Assembly: GCA_034669905.1 (NCBI GenBank)
Contig: JAXMOL010000072.1
Span: 1-30,729 of the forward strand
From: Candidatus Hydrogenedentota bacterium
GTDB taxonomy: Bacteria; Hydrogenedentota; Hydrogenedentia; Hydrogenedentales; JAEUWI01
Length of the DNA: 30,729 bases
Direction: 5' to 3'
Shown piece by piece: positions 16,514 through 25,462 of this stretch; position 1 is the stretch's first letter; the number at the start of each line of letters is the position of its first letter. The notes beneath the pieces are model-generated. The model saw only the letters and a list, made by a program, of their open reading frames with translations. It had not been told where the DNA came from and did no database searches. The translations under genes and the position numbers were made by a program.

Positions 16514-17275
16514 TCAACTGGCGGCAGTGCAGTTTCTGTCATCGTCGGCGTTGCACCAGACATTCTGTCCCGGTCTGTGGACGCAGGTTCCATTCACACA
16601 TTCCCACTCATTGAGTAGATTGACCGTATTGAATTTATCCGAGTCGTCGACAGGCTGATACGGCGCGGGCGTGTAGAAGATGCCGTTTCGCTTTGCGGCT
16701 CGAATCGCGTCGCGCTGGGGCTGCGAATAGGATTTCTTGGCCTCCGTATAGAGGTGGTAGAGCTTCTTCTTTCCGAGGGGGCCCAGGAAATCCTTCACTA
16801 ACTCGTCCTCGTCAAGCAGGTTTCCCGAAAGCTGAATGGGCATAAAAGGCATGCAGAAATGCTGTAAATCCACCGTGCTTCCGACTTTTCTCAGCTCGCC
16901 GACGGTCTCGACGAAGAGGCGGTATCTTCCAACACCGGGCGTGTATTGGCGCTTGTGGAAGAAGTGGCCGGCGATAACCCGGTCCTCAGAGGCGGGCCTG
17001 CGTGAGCGCAGCGTCGCGCGGATTTTGTTTAGGTGCTGCAGCAGGGTGGCCTTGATGGGGCGCCCGTTTCCGTGGGTGTCTTCGTCCAGGTATTTTGGCA
17101 AATGCTTCAGGTTGTCGATAATCGCGTCGAGGGCCCCGTCCACCGGTTCGCCATAGAGTTGGTTGTACGTCGTGTCCTTCAGCAGGTAGCACATGAGGTT
17201 TACACTGCGTGTGCCAACCGTGTGTGGATTCGTACCCGTTCCATAGGTCTTGGTAACATCCCAGGTCCAAGCCAT
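16514..17275 (-). CDS. Unknown protein, family X copy 4 (253 aa)
   Basis: RSVNLMCYLL, HFCMPF, CVNGTC...WCN...C tail. GGAG RBS; starts 31 nt after the kinase 2 stop. Confidence 0.85.
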   Translation of the reverse strand: MAWTWDVTKTYGTGTNPHTVGTRSVNLMCYLLKDTTYNQLYGEPVDGALDAIIDNLKHLPKYLDEDTHGNGRPIKATLLQHLNKIRATLRSRRPASEDRVIAGHFFHKRQYTPGVGRYRLFVETVGELRKVGSTVDLQHFCMPFMPIQLSGNLLDEDELVKDFLGPLGKKKLYHLYTEAKKSYSQPQRDAIRAAKRNGIFYTPAPYQPVDDSDKFNTVNLLNEWECVNGTCVHRPGQNVWCNADDDRNCTAAS

Positions 17276-17306
17276 AATTCAGTCTCCCATTTGTTCTCTT
17301 GGTGGG

Positions 17307-20300
17307 CTACGGTTGATGTGTAATGGTGACGGTTCGGGCTTCGTACTCGCCCCGCTGTATATGTAAGGTCAGGGTGAAGGTCTCGTTTGCTTCGAGGTGG
17401 CGAAGTCCGTTCTCGCACAGTGTTATGAGTTGGCTCAGCGACGTGACGGGGGTGTCATGGACGGTGAGGATCCGATCCAGGGGCTGTATCCCCGCAGCGT
17501 CAAGGAGCTTACGACCAAAGAGATTGCCCGGTACGTTTACCAGCAGCCCCGCGAGGCTGTCGGGTTTTTCCATGGGATGTCGGGCGTATTGGGCCCACCG
17601 TTTGTTCACCTGCAGGATGGCCTCCGAGTTTGACTGAAGGGTCTTGATGGCTTGCTCCAGCAGTGCCGTGGCCTGTGCGCGAGGCATGGTGATGGTGCGC
17701 GTGTTTTCCGTCACAGGAAGCATGGTGATGTTGAAGCGAGTCGGCACGCTGTTTCGCAGGACCTCGAGATAGAAGGGGGTGCCGTTTTGGTCGGGCGGGG
17801 TGCGCGTTAATGCGGTGACGTACGCGGAGAAGGCCTCGGGTGCGTTTCCGTTCAGGCTCAGAAGAACATCTCCCGCTTGAAGTGGCACCGGCCGGAAGCG
17901 GGCGGCAATATCTTCTGTAAGGGTAGGCGCCTGGTCCGCTGGCGTCGCCGTCGTCAGTGCGCTCAAGGCCGTGAGGCGCTCAATGGTCCCCGGGGCGGAG
18001 AGGATATGGTTGATCGCGCCGCCAGAGTCTGGGACCGGTTGGGACGACAGATTTGCCGCGCGCGTTGCCTTATAGGCGATCAGGTGTTCCTGTAGGCCAT
18101 CGGGCGTGCGAAGCGGGGGGGGGGTATCGATAGGAAATCCAAAAAGTCTCTTGATAGCACCACTTTCCATGGTGATGAGGAGGGTGTTGTTTTCCGAGCC
18201 GAAATCGGCATCGGTCGCCGCTTCACTGCCGGTGTCCACATCCAATAAGGCCGATCCCGTTGCCAGTTCCCAGATCCGCACCGTATGGTCGCGTGACACG
18301 GAAAGGAGCCGTTTGTCGTCCGCACTGAATGATACGGAGGTAATATCAGAGGTCTGGCCGGAAAGGTCAAACACCTTGTTTCGCGTCGAGACGCGCCATA
18401 CCTGGATCGTGTCGTCTGCAGATGCGGTGGCCACAAGATCTGCGTCATGTGAAAAGGCCACGTGGACGACGCGACCCGTGTGCTGAATCGAGAAGACTTT
18501 CGTCTGGTCCGCCCGATTCCACACGATGGCGGTTTTGTCATTGGAGGCGGTAGCGACGTGAGTACCGTCGGAGGAGAACGCCGCATGGTACACAATATCC
18601 GTGTGGCCCGCGAGAACGCCCTGCGATGCACCGGTGGTGGCGTCCCACAAGCGTGTGGTGCTGTCCCAGGAATTGGTTGCGATGGTGGTGCCATCCGAAC
18701 TGTAGTTGACACGCTGAATGTATCCGTCATGCCCTTTGAGGCGGTGAAGCACCTGCCCTTCCGGCAGTTGGAGGACGAGAGGATGGAATTGGTCTGTGAC
18801 AAGCACCAGACGGTCTCCCTGCGGCGCGATGGCGGCCTTCGTTCCCCCCAATTTCTCCGAGAACGCACCCGTGTAGATCCGTTGTCCGCTCCGAAAATCT
18901 TGGACGATGACCTGGCCATCTTGCGAGGTGGCGGCCAGTCGCGTGGCTCCATCCCGTGCGATGGAAAGTCCCGTCACGCGGTCTGTCAACGTGGCCAGGG
19001 TGCCGATAAGGGGGGAGCCAGTCGTCTTCCAGAGCCTGGCCGTTCCATCCATGGAACAGGTCAGCAGCCGCTGCCCATGCGGATCGAAATCCATCGTGGC
19101 CGTTGCGCCCCGGTGCCCGCTGAAGCGTGCGATCTCATTGGAGTTGTCCAAATCCCAAACCACGATCAAACCATTGACCGCCATGGTGATCAGCAGCCTG
19201 CCATCGGGCGCAATCTGGCATTGCCTCAGGTCTTCCCGGACGTTAAAAATCTTTTCGAGCGTACCATTCTCGGCATTCCACAACCGCGCGTTGCCATCCG
19301 CACATGCGGTGACAACGACATTCCGGTCCGCATGGTAGGTTGCCCACCTGACAGCCGCTTCGTGGGGCAGGCGCAGGACTTCGGAAAGATCGCTTGCCTG
19401 GTAGAGGAATGCATGGTTGCCTTGTCTTGCGACGAGGAAGGTGCCCGTTTTTGAGGGCTTGACGGCCATGCCGGGTGCTACGGAGAGTTGCGTGCCGTTG
19501 CCCTCGAAGAGACGGATGTGCTCGTCGGATGTCACGGTATAGAGCTTTTGTTCGCCGTCGCAGAAGCCGACGGCTTTCAGCTCGTCGGGGTGCTCGTTCA
19601 ACGTCAAGACGACTTCGCGCCCGGCCAGATCCCAGAGCTTGGCGGTGCGATCACTGCTCGCCGTAAGCAACCGGTCTCCTGCGGCATTAAAGGCGCAAAA
19701 GTTCACCGGGGCGGTATGGCCCTTAAGCATAAAGAGCGCTTCACCGGTGCCTGGATCGACCATACGAACGGAGCCATCCGTCAGGCAAAGCGCGAGCTGC
19801 GAGCCGCCTGGGTTAAACGCTACGTGCCGTAAGAGGGCATCGGAATAGGTCCATTCCTGAAGGACTGCCAGTGTTTCGCTGTCCCAAAGGCGTGCGGACT
19901 GGTCTCCGGCAACGGTCACAATGGATTTCCCATCCGGGGAGAAGAAGGTTTCGAATACGACATTGGTGTGTCCCCGCAGTGTTGCCAGATCCTGGTGGCA
20001 CTGCGCCATAAGGTAGCCCCATTCAATATGCCGGTACGCGGGATGGGTTGCCAGCAGGGTGTCTTCTGCCGCCTGGAATTGGTAGTCGCGGACATAGGCG
20101 TCCGCGAGGCGGATGTCGGAGACATATTTTTCCCGGGCAGTGCGCTCTTCCGCTGTTTCGGCGCGGGTGCGTTGCGCTTCCGCCGCGTCGCGCTGGGTTT
20201 CGGCGATGGCCCGTTGTTCTACGGCCACCACCCGGGCTTGCTCCGTCTTCTGATTGGCGCGGACGATGTTCACATAGGAGATTATCCCCATGGTGATGAT

Positions 20301-21731
20301 GACCATGGCGGCCAGACTTATGGTGTGGATCAATGTCTTGTGCTGTCGATAAACCCGTTTCAGCAGATCCCGCGCCTTGTAGGAATAGGCCTCCACCACG
20401 GCGCCGTCGAGGAACTGGTTGATGTCGTCGGCCAGTTCGCGGGCCGAGGGGTAGCGGTGCGTAGGATCGTGTTGCAGGGCCTTGTCACAGATGGCCGCCA
20501 GTTCCGGGGGGACGTCGGGCGCGGCGCTGTGGAGGGGCGGTGCGGGTAGGGTGCCCACCCGTTGCACCGTATCCAGGGTGTTGGTCCAGAGGTGGGGGAC
20601 TTCTCCGCTCAGGATTTCATAGAGGATGACACCCAGGCTGTAGACATCGGAACGGGGCCCAACAAGATCGTTTTCGGCGCGGGCCTGCTCGGGGGACATA
20701 TAGAGGGGCGTACCGAGTACTTCTTTGGACCGGGTGTGATGGGCCTGCGGGTCCTGGCCGTCCATCTTGAGTTGGTCGATGGTCTTGTTCAGGTCATCCT
20801 GATGGGCATCTTGCTCCTCCAGGACTTTCGCGAGTCCCCAGTCGAGGACGACGCATTCGCCAAACTCGCCAATCATGATGTTGGAGGGTTTGAGGTCTCG
20901 GTGGATGATGCTCTTGGAATGGGCATAGGCCATGGCCTGGCAGATGTCCAGATAAAAACGGAGGAGGGCCAGGCGGGTGTCCAGCCCGGTGCATTCTTTA
21001 ATGGCGACCGAAAGGGTGTGGCCCCGGACGAGTTTCATCGTGTAGTAGAGCTGGCCATCGGTCCGAATTCCCAACTCATAAACAGGTACGATCGAAGGGT
21101 GTTCGAGCCGTCCCGTTACCTGGGCTTCCTGGAGGAAGCGGGCCATCATGGCGGCGGACTGGCGTATGGGACTGCCGGGACTGCCGGGGGAATGGGGGCG
21201 CGACAGGGTTTCTGCCGTGGGGCTCGTGGTGTGTTGGGGGAGCAGCTCTTTCAGGATAATATCGCGGCCCATTTGCTCGTCATGGACGAGGAGGACCCGC
21301 CCGATACCGCCCCGGGCATATTCGGAGCCGCCCGTGTAGCGGCCCAGGGATTCGGGCATGATTTGGGGGGGCAGGCCGTGGGGCAGGTGTTCGGCGAGAA
21401 TAGTCTTGTCGGCCTGGGGCTGCCAGGTGCCCTCTTCAAAGTGGACGGAGTGGATGAAGGCCGATTCGACAGCTTCCTGTCCGCCGAAGGTTTCCAAGGC
21501 GGCTTTTTCGTCGCCCCGGTGGGCGTGAATGATGTTATCCACCAGGCGAATGAGGAGTTCGTAATCGGCCACCGAGAGGGCATGATTGGCGAGGAGGATC
21601 TCGGAAAGGGGATCCTCAGATTTGTCAGCCAGCGCGACGGATCGAATGAGTGAGCCCCGCGATACAAGGCGGAGCTGGCAAGCGAGTATTCCGAGGATAA
21701 GGTCGTATTCGCGCATTGCTGTGATGCTCAT
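17307..21731 (-). CDS. Membrane Hanks-type Ser/Thr kinase with WD40 repeats and a C-terminal PDZ-like region (kinase 2)
   Basis: Same motifs as kinase 1 (HRDLKPSN, DWGLAK, GTPLYMSPEQ), TM ISLAAMVIITMGIISYV, canonical GH...WD repeats. Start is 21731 or 21716 (MREYD). Confidence 0.92.
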   Translation of the reverse strand: MSITAMREYDLILGILACQLRLVSRGSLIRSVALADKSEDPLSEILLANHALSVADYELLIRLVDNIIHAHRGDEKAALETFGGQEAVESAFIHSVHFEEGTWQPQADKTILAEHLPHGLPPQIMPESLGRYTGGSEYARGGIGRVLLVHDEQMGRDIILKELLPQHTTSPTAETLSRPHSPGSPGSPIRQSAAMMARFLQEAQVTGRLEHPSIVPVYELGIRTDGQLYYTMKLVRGHTLSVAIKECTGLDTRLALLRFYLDICQAMAYAHSKSIIHRDLKPSNIMIGEFGECVVLDWGLAKVLEEQDAHQDDLNKTIDQLKMDGQDPQAHHTRSKEVLGTPLYMSPEQARAENDLVGPRSDVYSLGVILYEILSGEVPHLWTNTLDTVQRVGTLPAPPLHSAAPDVPPELAAICDKALQHDPTHRYPSARELADDINQFLDGAVVEAYSYKARDLLKRVYRQHKTLIHTISLAAMVIITMGIISYVNIVRANQKTEQARVVAVEQRAIAETQRDAAEAQRTRAETAEERTAREKYVSDIRLADAYVRDYQFQAAEDTLLATHPAYRHIEWGYLMAQCHQDLATLRGHTNVVFETFFSPDGKSIVTVAGDQSARLWDSETLAVLQEWTYSDALLRHVAFNPGGSQLALCLTDGSVRMVDPGTGEALFMLKGHTAPVNFCAFNAAGDRLLTASSDRTAKLWDLAGREVVLTLNEHPDELKAVGFCDGEQKLYTVTSDEHIRLFEGNGTQLSVAPGMAVKPSKTGTFLVARQGNHAFLYQASDLSEVLRLPHEAAVRWATYHADRNVVVTACADGNARLWNAENGTLEKIFNVREDLRQCQIAPDGRLLITMAVNGLIVVWDLDNSNEIARFSGHRGATATMDFDPHGQRLLTCSMDGTARLWKTTGSPLIGTLATLTDRVTGLSIARDGATRLAATSQDGQVIVQDFRSGQRIYTGAFSEKLGGTKAAIAPQGDRLVLVTDQFHPLVLQLPEGQVLHRLKGHDGYIQRVNYSSDGTTIATNSWDSTTRLWDATTGASQGVLAGHTDIVYHAAFSSDGTHVATASNDKTAIVWNRADQTKVFSIQHTGRVVHVAFSHDADLVATASADDTIQVWRVSTRNKVFDLSGQTSDITSVSFSADDKRLLSVSRDHTVRIWELATGSALLDVDTGSEAATDADFGSENNTLLITMESGAIKRLFGFPIDTPPPLRTPDGLQEHLIAYKATRAANLSSQPVPDSGGAINHILSAPGTIERLTALSALTTATPADQAPTLTEDIAARFRPVPLQAGDVLLSLNGNAPEAFSAYVTALTRTPPDQNGTPFYLEVLRNSVPTRFNITMLPVTENTRTITMPRAQATALLEQAIKTLQSNSEAILQVNKRWAQYARHPMEKPDSLAGLLVNVPGNLFGRKLLDAAGIQPLDRILTVHDTPVTSLSQLITLCENGLRHLEANETFTLTLHIQRGEYEARTVTITHQP

Positions 21732-21754
21732 CAGTTGGGGGGTGAACTGGGGTG

Positions 21755-21783
21755 ATAGTAAAACAAAATAGACATTTTTGCAA
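21755..21783 (-). promoter_or_regulatory. Sigma70-like promoter of kinase 2 module
   Basis: TTGCAA(21783-21778)-N17-TACTAT(21760-21755) in an AT-rich patch. Confidence 0.65.
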
Positions 21784-22020
21784 GGGCGAAATAGGGATAA
21801 TCGCCAATAAATACAGGGTGATGCACGGTTGCACGGTATTTGTGCACCTTGTGTCTGTATTTCGGACAGATTGCGCAGGTGGAGCGTAGGTGGGGCAGCT
21901 TTTCACACCGTCGATGGTGTGTTCACGAACCTGTCGCGTGCCGTCAGAATGTAAGGCAGGCGGACACACCGAACGATGCGGGGGAAAGGGGCCTCAGGCT
22001 GGGTGGGATAGCCCCATCGC

Positions 22021-22773
22021 TCACTCTATGAAGAGAAAGCCACCAGTTTGGAGGCGGGTAGGTAGGGTATACAGGGCACCCGCCACGGAGAGGAGGAAGA
22101 GGGTCCAAAGATTGGCGCGGACTACAGCACCCAGCACTTTGCGAACGTCGAATCCATCTTTATCACGGCGGTGCATAAAGAGGATTACAGCCCCCTCAAA
22201 TACGCCACTCACTACCAGTGTCACCAGCAGGCCAAAGAATACCGCAATGTATTTCAATACCCAATAGCCGACGGCGATTCCATTGTCCGCGATGATATCT
22301 GCCGGATTCATATTCTCTGTGAGCATGAATAGTATGTAGCTGATAAACATGGCGAAACAGGTGAGCCCCGCCAGGCCAAAGCCTCCCAATATTCCGGATT
22401 TCAGATTACCCAATCGGGACACCAGCCTCCCCGCGATGGCGCCAATGAACAACATGGCTATTCCGAGGCCAATGAATGTGCTGGACGTGGAGGCGATGAG
22501 TCCTGCGATTATGACGCCGGGAACGGTGGAAACGATATTGCCCATCGCCATGTCCAGGGTTCCCCGAATGGGGCCGTAGGCTGCAAGCTGGGCGAAGAGA
22601 ATACTTTTTAGCGCGATTGCCAGAAAAAGCACGAATACCGATTTGAACAACAGTGCCCCAAAGGGGAGGGTCCCGCCGACGAAGATGAGCGTTGCCACGG
22701 GGGTACAGGCAGAGGTCGTCCCACAGCACAGAAGTATTGCAGCAATGGTCAGTATTCGATTGGTCGATTCCAT
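22021..22773 (-). CDS. Hypothetical multi-pass membrane protein
   Basis: 250-aa ORF with an N-terminal signal-like segment and roughly six hydrophobic helices; no family recognised. Confidence 0.7.
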   Translation of the reverse strand: MESTNRILTIAAILLCCGTTSACTPVATLIFVGGTLPFGALLFKSVFVLFLAIALKSILFAQLAAYGPIRGTLDMAMGNIVSTVPGVIIAGLIASTSSTFIGLGIAMLFIGAIAGRLVSRLGNLKSGILGGFGLAGLTCFAMFISYILFMLTENMNPADIIADNGIAVGYWVLKYIAVFFGLLVTLVVSGVFEGAVILFMHRRDKDGFDVRKVLGAVVRANLWTLFLLSVAGALYTLPTRLQTGGFLFIE

Positions 22774-23150
22774 TGCTCAATTCCCTATGTTGCCCCTGAA
22801 TGTTCGTTGCTATCGGGATCTAAGGGATGGTACCTGGCAAATGCGGGGGCGTTCAAATTCATCGGGCGGGCCTATCATGTACTTGGCAGGTCGCTCCAAA
22901 GACGGAAGATGGGCGACTGGATTGTGAATTGGACACGAAGGTCGCCGGGTTTCCCGTGGCAGGCGAAGGTGGTATCGTGACTGTCGCAGCGGTTCGTGTT
23001 CTCCAGATCCTGAGAGAAACCGGAGCGGAGGTTCACGTAGAATTTATCCTGAGTGGGGCCGATGGAACCCTGTTACTGCGTTTGGGATTGGTAACCCAGG
23101 GGCAGATGCGGTGCTACAATGAACGTATTTCCGCAGGAAAGGAATCCCTC

Positions 23151-25394
23151 TTGGAATGGGTGAAGCGACAATGGAGGAAGCCGTGGTGCTGGACCGTTTT
23201 GGGTCTGGGACTGTTGTGCTGCCTTGGTCTTGTTCTTATTGGCTGGCGGCTATTGCCACCTCTGGACCCCACGCCGTACCAGCAGCACTCGGCCTCGGGG
23301 CAGTTGCTCGATCGTCACGGAAAGCCGCTCTATCTGGCGTTGAACCGGGACGACCACTGGTCCTTGCCCCAATCGGGTGAGGCCTTCAGTCCCTATCTTA
23401 TCCAGGCGACCGTCGCGGCAGAAGATCAGCGGTTTTACCGTCACCATGGCGTGGACCCGGTGGCTGTGGTGCGGGCTGCGGGACAGAATGTGCAGGAAGG
23501 TGGGGTGGCGTCTGGCGCTTCGACCCTTACGATGCAACTCATCAAGCTGGGCGGCAAGGACAGCGGCTCCCTCATGGGGAAGCTGGGGCAGGCGTTGGGG
23601 GCGTTGCGTTTGGAAAAGTCCCTCGACAAACCGGCCATCCTGGAGGCCTATCTGAATCGCGCACCCTATGGCATGAATCTCCAGGGGGCAGAGGTGGCGG
23701 CGTGGCGTTATTTCGGGAAGACGGCCCGAACGCTCAGCCTCGGCGAAGCGGCCCTCCTGGCGGGACTGCCCAAGGCGCCCAGTCGGCTGAACCCCTTGTC
23801 CCATCCCGAGCGGGCCCGAATCCGACGGGACTACGTGTTGGGCCGCATGTTTGCGGAAGGGTACATCGATGCCGCCCAGCGAGATCAGGCACTGGCCGAA
23901 CCGGTTCTGGCCTCATGGCACGCCTTTCCCCGGCTCGCACCCCACCTGGGGAGCGCCTATCGGGAGCGACTTGAGGCCGGCGAAAGGATCGCCCTCCGCC
24001 TCGATGGTGAGCTGCAGCAGTCGTTGGAAGCCCTGCTGCCCCACTATCTGAAACGTTTTGATGGGGCCATCACCAACGGCGCTATCCTGGTGGTCGATGT
24101 GCCTACGGGTGATGTGCGGGCCCGCGTGGGCTCCGCCAGCTTTGAATCCACGCCCGGCGGGGGAGAGGTCGACAGTTGCCTGGCCTTGCGCTCACCGGGC
24201 TCCACCCTCAAGCCCTTTCTATTCGGCTACGCTATGACGGAGCAGCAGCTTTACCCGACCGAGGTGCTACTGGACGACGTGCTGGACTTTGGCCGTTACG
24301 CCCCGGGAAACTTCGATGGCCTTTTCAATGGTCCGGTGACGGCCACGGAGGCCCTGCGCTATTCCCTCAATGTGCCGGCCGTGGCCCTCCTCGACCGGGT
24401 GGGCGTGGCCAACTTTCACGGATTCCTGCGGCGCGGGGGACTCACGAGCATCGACCGTGCACCCAGCGACTACGGACTTGGATTGGCCCTGGGCAATTGC
24501 GAGGTCTCCCTCGAAGCCCTGGCCCGACTCTATTTGTCCGTCGCCAGCCTGGGCCGTCAGCAGGAGCTCCACCTGGTGGAGGGGCAGAAGCCATCATCCG
24601 GTGCGCCGGTATTTGCGCTGGAGGTGGCACGGGTGCTTTACGACATGCTGGCCCAACCCTTCCCCGAAGAGTTACAGCGGGGCTTACAGCGTCGCCGGGG
24701 CAACGAGGCCCCGGTCTGTTGGAAGACGGGTACGTCAACGGGCTATCACGATGCCTGGACCTTCGCGTTTAACCAACACTATCTGGTGGCCGTGTGGCTG
24801 GGTAATAATGATGGCACCGGTGTGCGTCAATTGGTTGGTGCCCATGCGGCACTACCGCTGGCGGCACGAATATTTCGCGAATTGCCCGGATTGGATGGGC
24901 CTGCATGGCCGTCACCCCTGTCTGGACCGACGGTTTCCTTGTGTGCCCTGTCCGGTCTGCCCGTCAACGAAGGCTGTGTCGACAGCCAGGCCGTCGTGCT
25001 CCCGGAGGGGCTCTGGCGTCACCGCCGCTGCACGGTCCATCGCTTTTCTCCGACGGGTCTTGTGGCGGCCCATGAGATTCGTCCGACCACGGCCACAGAT
25101 TGGAATCTGGCCACACCGACGGGCGACCGTCCCCTGGTGATTACGAGTCCGCCCCCCGGTTCTGTGTATGTATTGAGTGGTGTGGACGGCGGCGACCAGA
25201 TTCCACTTTCCACGGCGGGGGAGGCCGAGGGCGTCGTCCACTGGTTTCTGGACGGGAAGTATCTGGGTGCCGACATCCGGAACTGGGCGCTACAGCTTGG
25301 GGAGCATCGGGTGACCGCTCAATTGGCCAACGGCCAGCAGGGGAGCGCGACCTTCACCGTGGTGCGTCCGGAAGACGTGGGGCGTGAACCCTGA
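23151..25394 (+). CDS. pbpC: Penicillin-binding protein 1C (bifunctional transglycosylase/transpeptidase)
   Basis: EDQRFY, GASTLTMQL, SPGSTLKPF (SxxK), SLN, KTGTS and a PBP1C-type C-terminal domain (HWFLDGKY). Start uncertain: TTG 23151 follows AGGAAAGGA and an extended -10 TG-C-TACAAT (23112-23120); ATG 23106 is the alternative. Confidence 0.88.
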   Translation: MEWVKRQWRKPWCWTVLGLGLLCCLGLVLIGWRLLPPLDPTPYQQHSASGQLLDRHGKPLYLALNRDDHWSLPQSGEAFSPYLIQATVAAEDQRFYRHHGVDPVAVVRAAGQNVQEGGVASGASTLTMQLIKLGGKDSGSLMGKLGQALGALRLEKSLDKPAILEAYLNRAPYGMNLQGAEVAAWRYFGKTARTLSLGEAALLAGLPKAPSRLNPLSHPERARIRRDYVLGRMFAEGYIDAAQRDQALAEPVLASWHAFPRLAPHLGSAYRERLEAGERIALRLDGELQQSLEALLPHYLKRFDGAITNGAILVVDVPTGDVRARVGSASFESTPGGGEVDSCLALRSPGSTLKPFLFGYAMTEQQLYPTEVLLDDVLDFGRYAPGNFDGLFNGPVTATEALRYSLNVPAVALLDRVGVANFHGFLRRGGLTSIDRAPSDYGLGLALGNCEVSLEALARLYLSVASLGRQQELHLVEGQKPSSGAPVFALEVARVLYDMLAQPFPEELQRGLQRRRGNEAPVCWKTGTSTGYHDAWTFAFNQHYLVAVWLGNNDGTGVRQLVGAHAALPLAARIFRELPGLDGPAWPSPLSGPTVSLCALSGLPVNEGCVDSQAVVLPEGLWRHRRCTVHRFSPTGLVAAHEIRPTTATDWNLATPTGDRPLVITSPPPGSVYVLSGVDGGDQIPLSTAGEAEGVVHWFLDGKYLGADIRNWALQLGEHRVTAQLANGQQGSATFTVVRPEDVGREP

Positions 25395-25395
25395 G

Positions 25396-25424
25396 TTGTG
25401 GGGCCGCTTCCGCACTGTTATACT
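25396..25424 (+). promoter_or_regulatory. Sigma70-like promoter of the glycosyltransferase operon
   Basis: TTGTGG(25396-25401)-N17-TATACT(25419-25424) with a TG extension. Confidence 0.55.
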
Positions 25425-25462
25425 GACTTTTTCCTTCATCGCCCCGTTGCCAACAAGGATGT

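Noticed and set aside
14737..17275. Family X as lanthipeptide or other RiPP precursors modified by the kinases
   Set aside because: The tails are Cys/Ser/Thr-rich, but no lyase, cyclase, radical SAM enzyme, peptidase or exporter is nearby, and the kinases look like membrane receptors rather than LanKC/LanL enzymes.
18200..20000. Periodicity in the kinase genes as a CRISPR or DNA tandem repeat
   Set aside because: It is protein-level WD40 repetition with no identical DNA repeats or spacers.
22827..23150. Long N-terminal extension of PBP1C
   Set aside because: It does not resemble PBP1C, and better RBS and promoter signals lie just before 23151.
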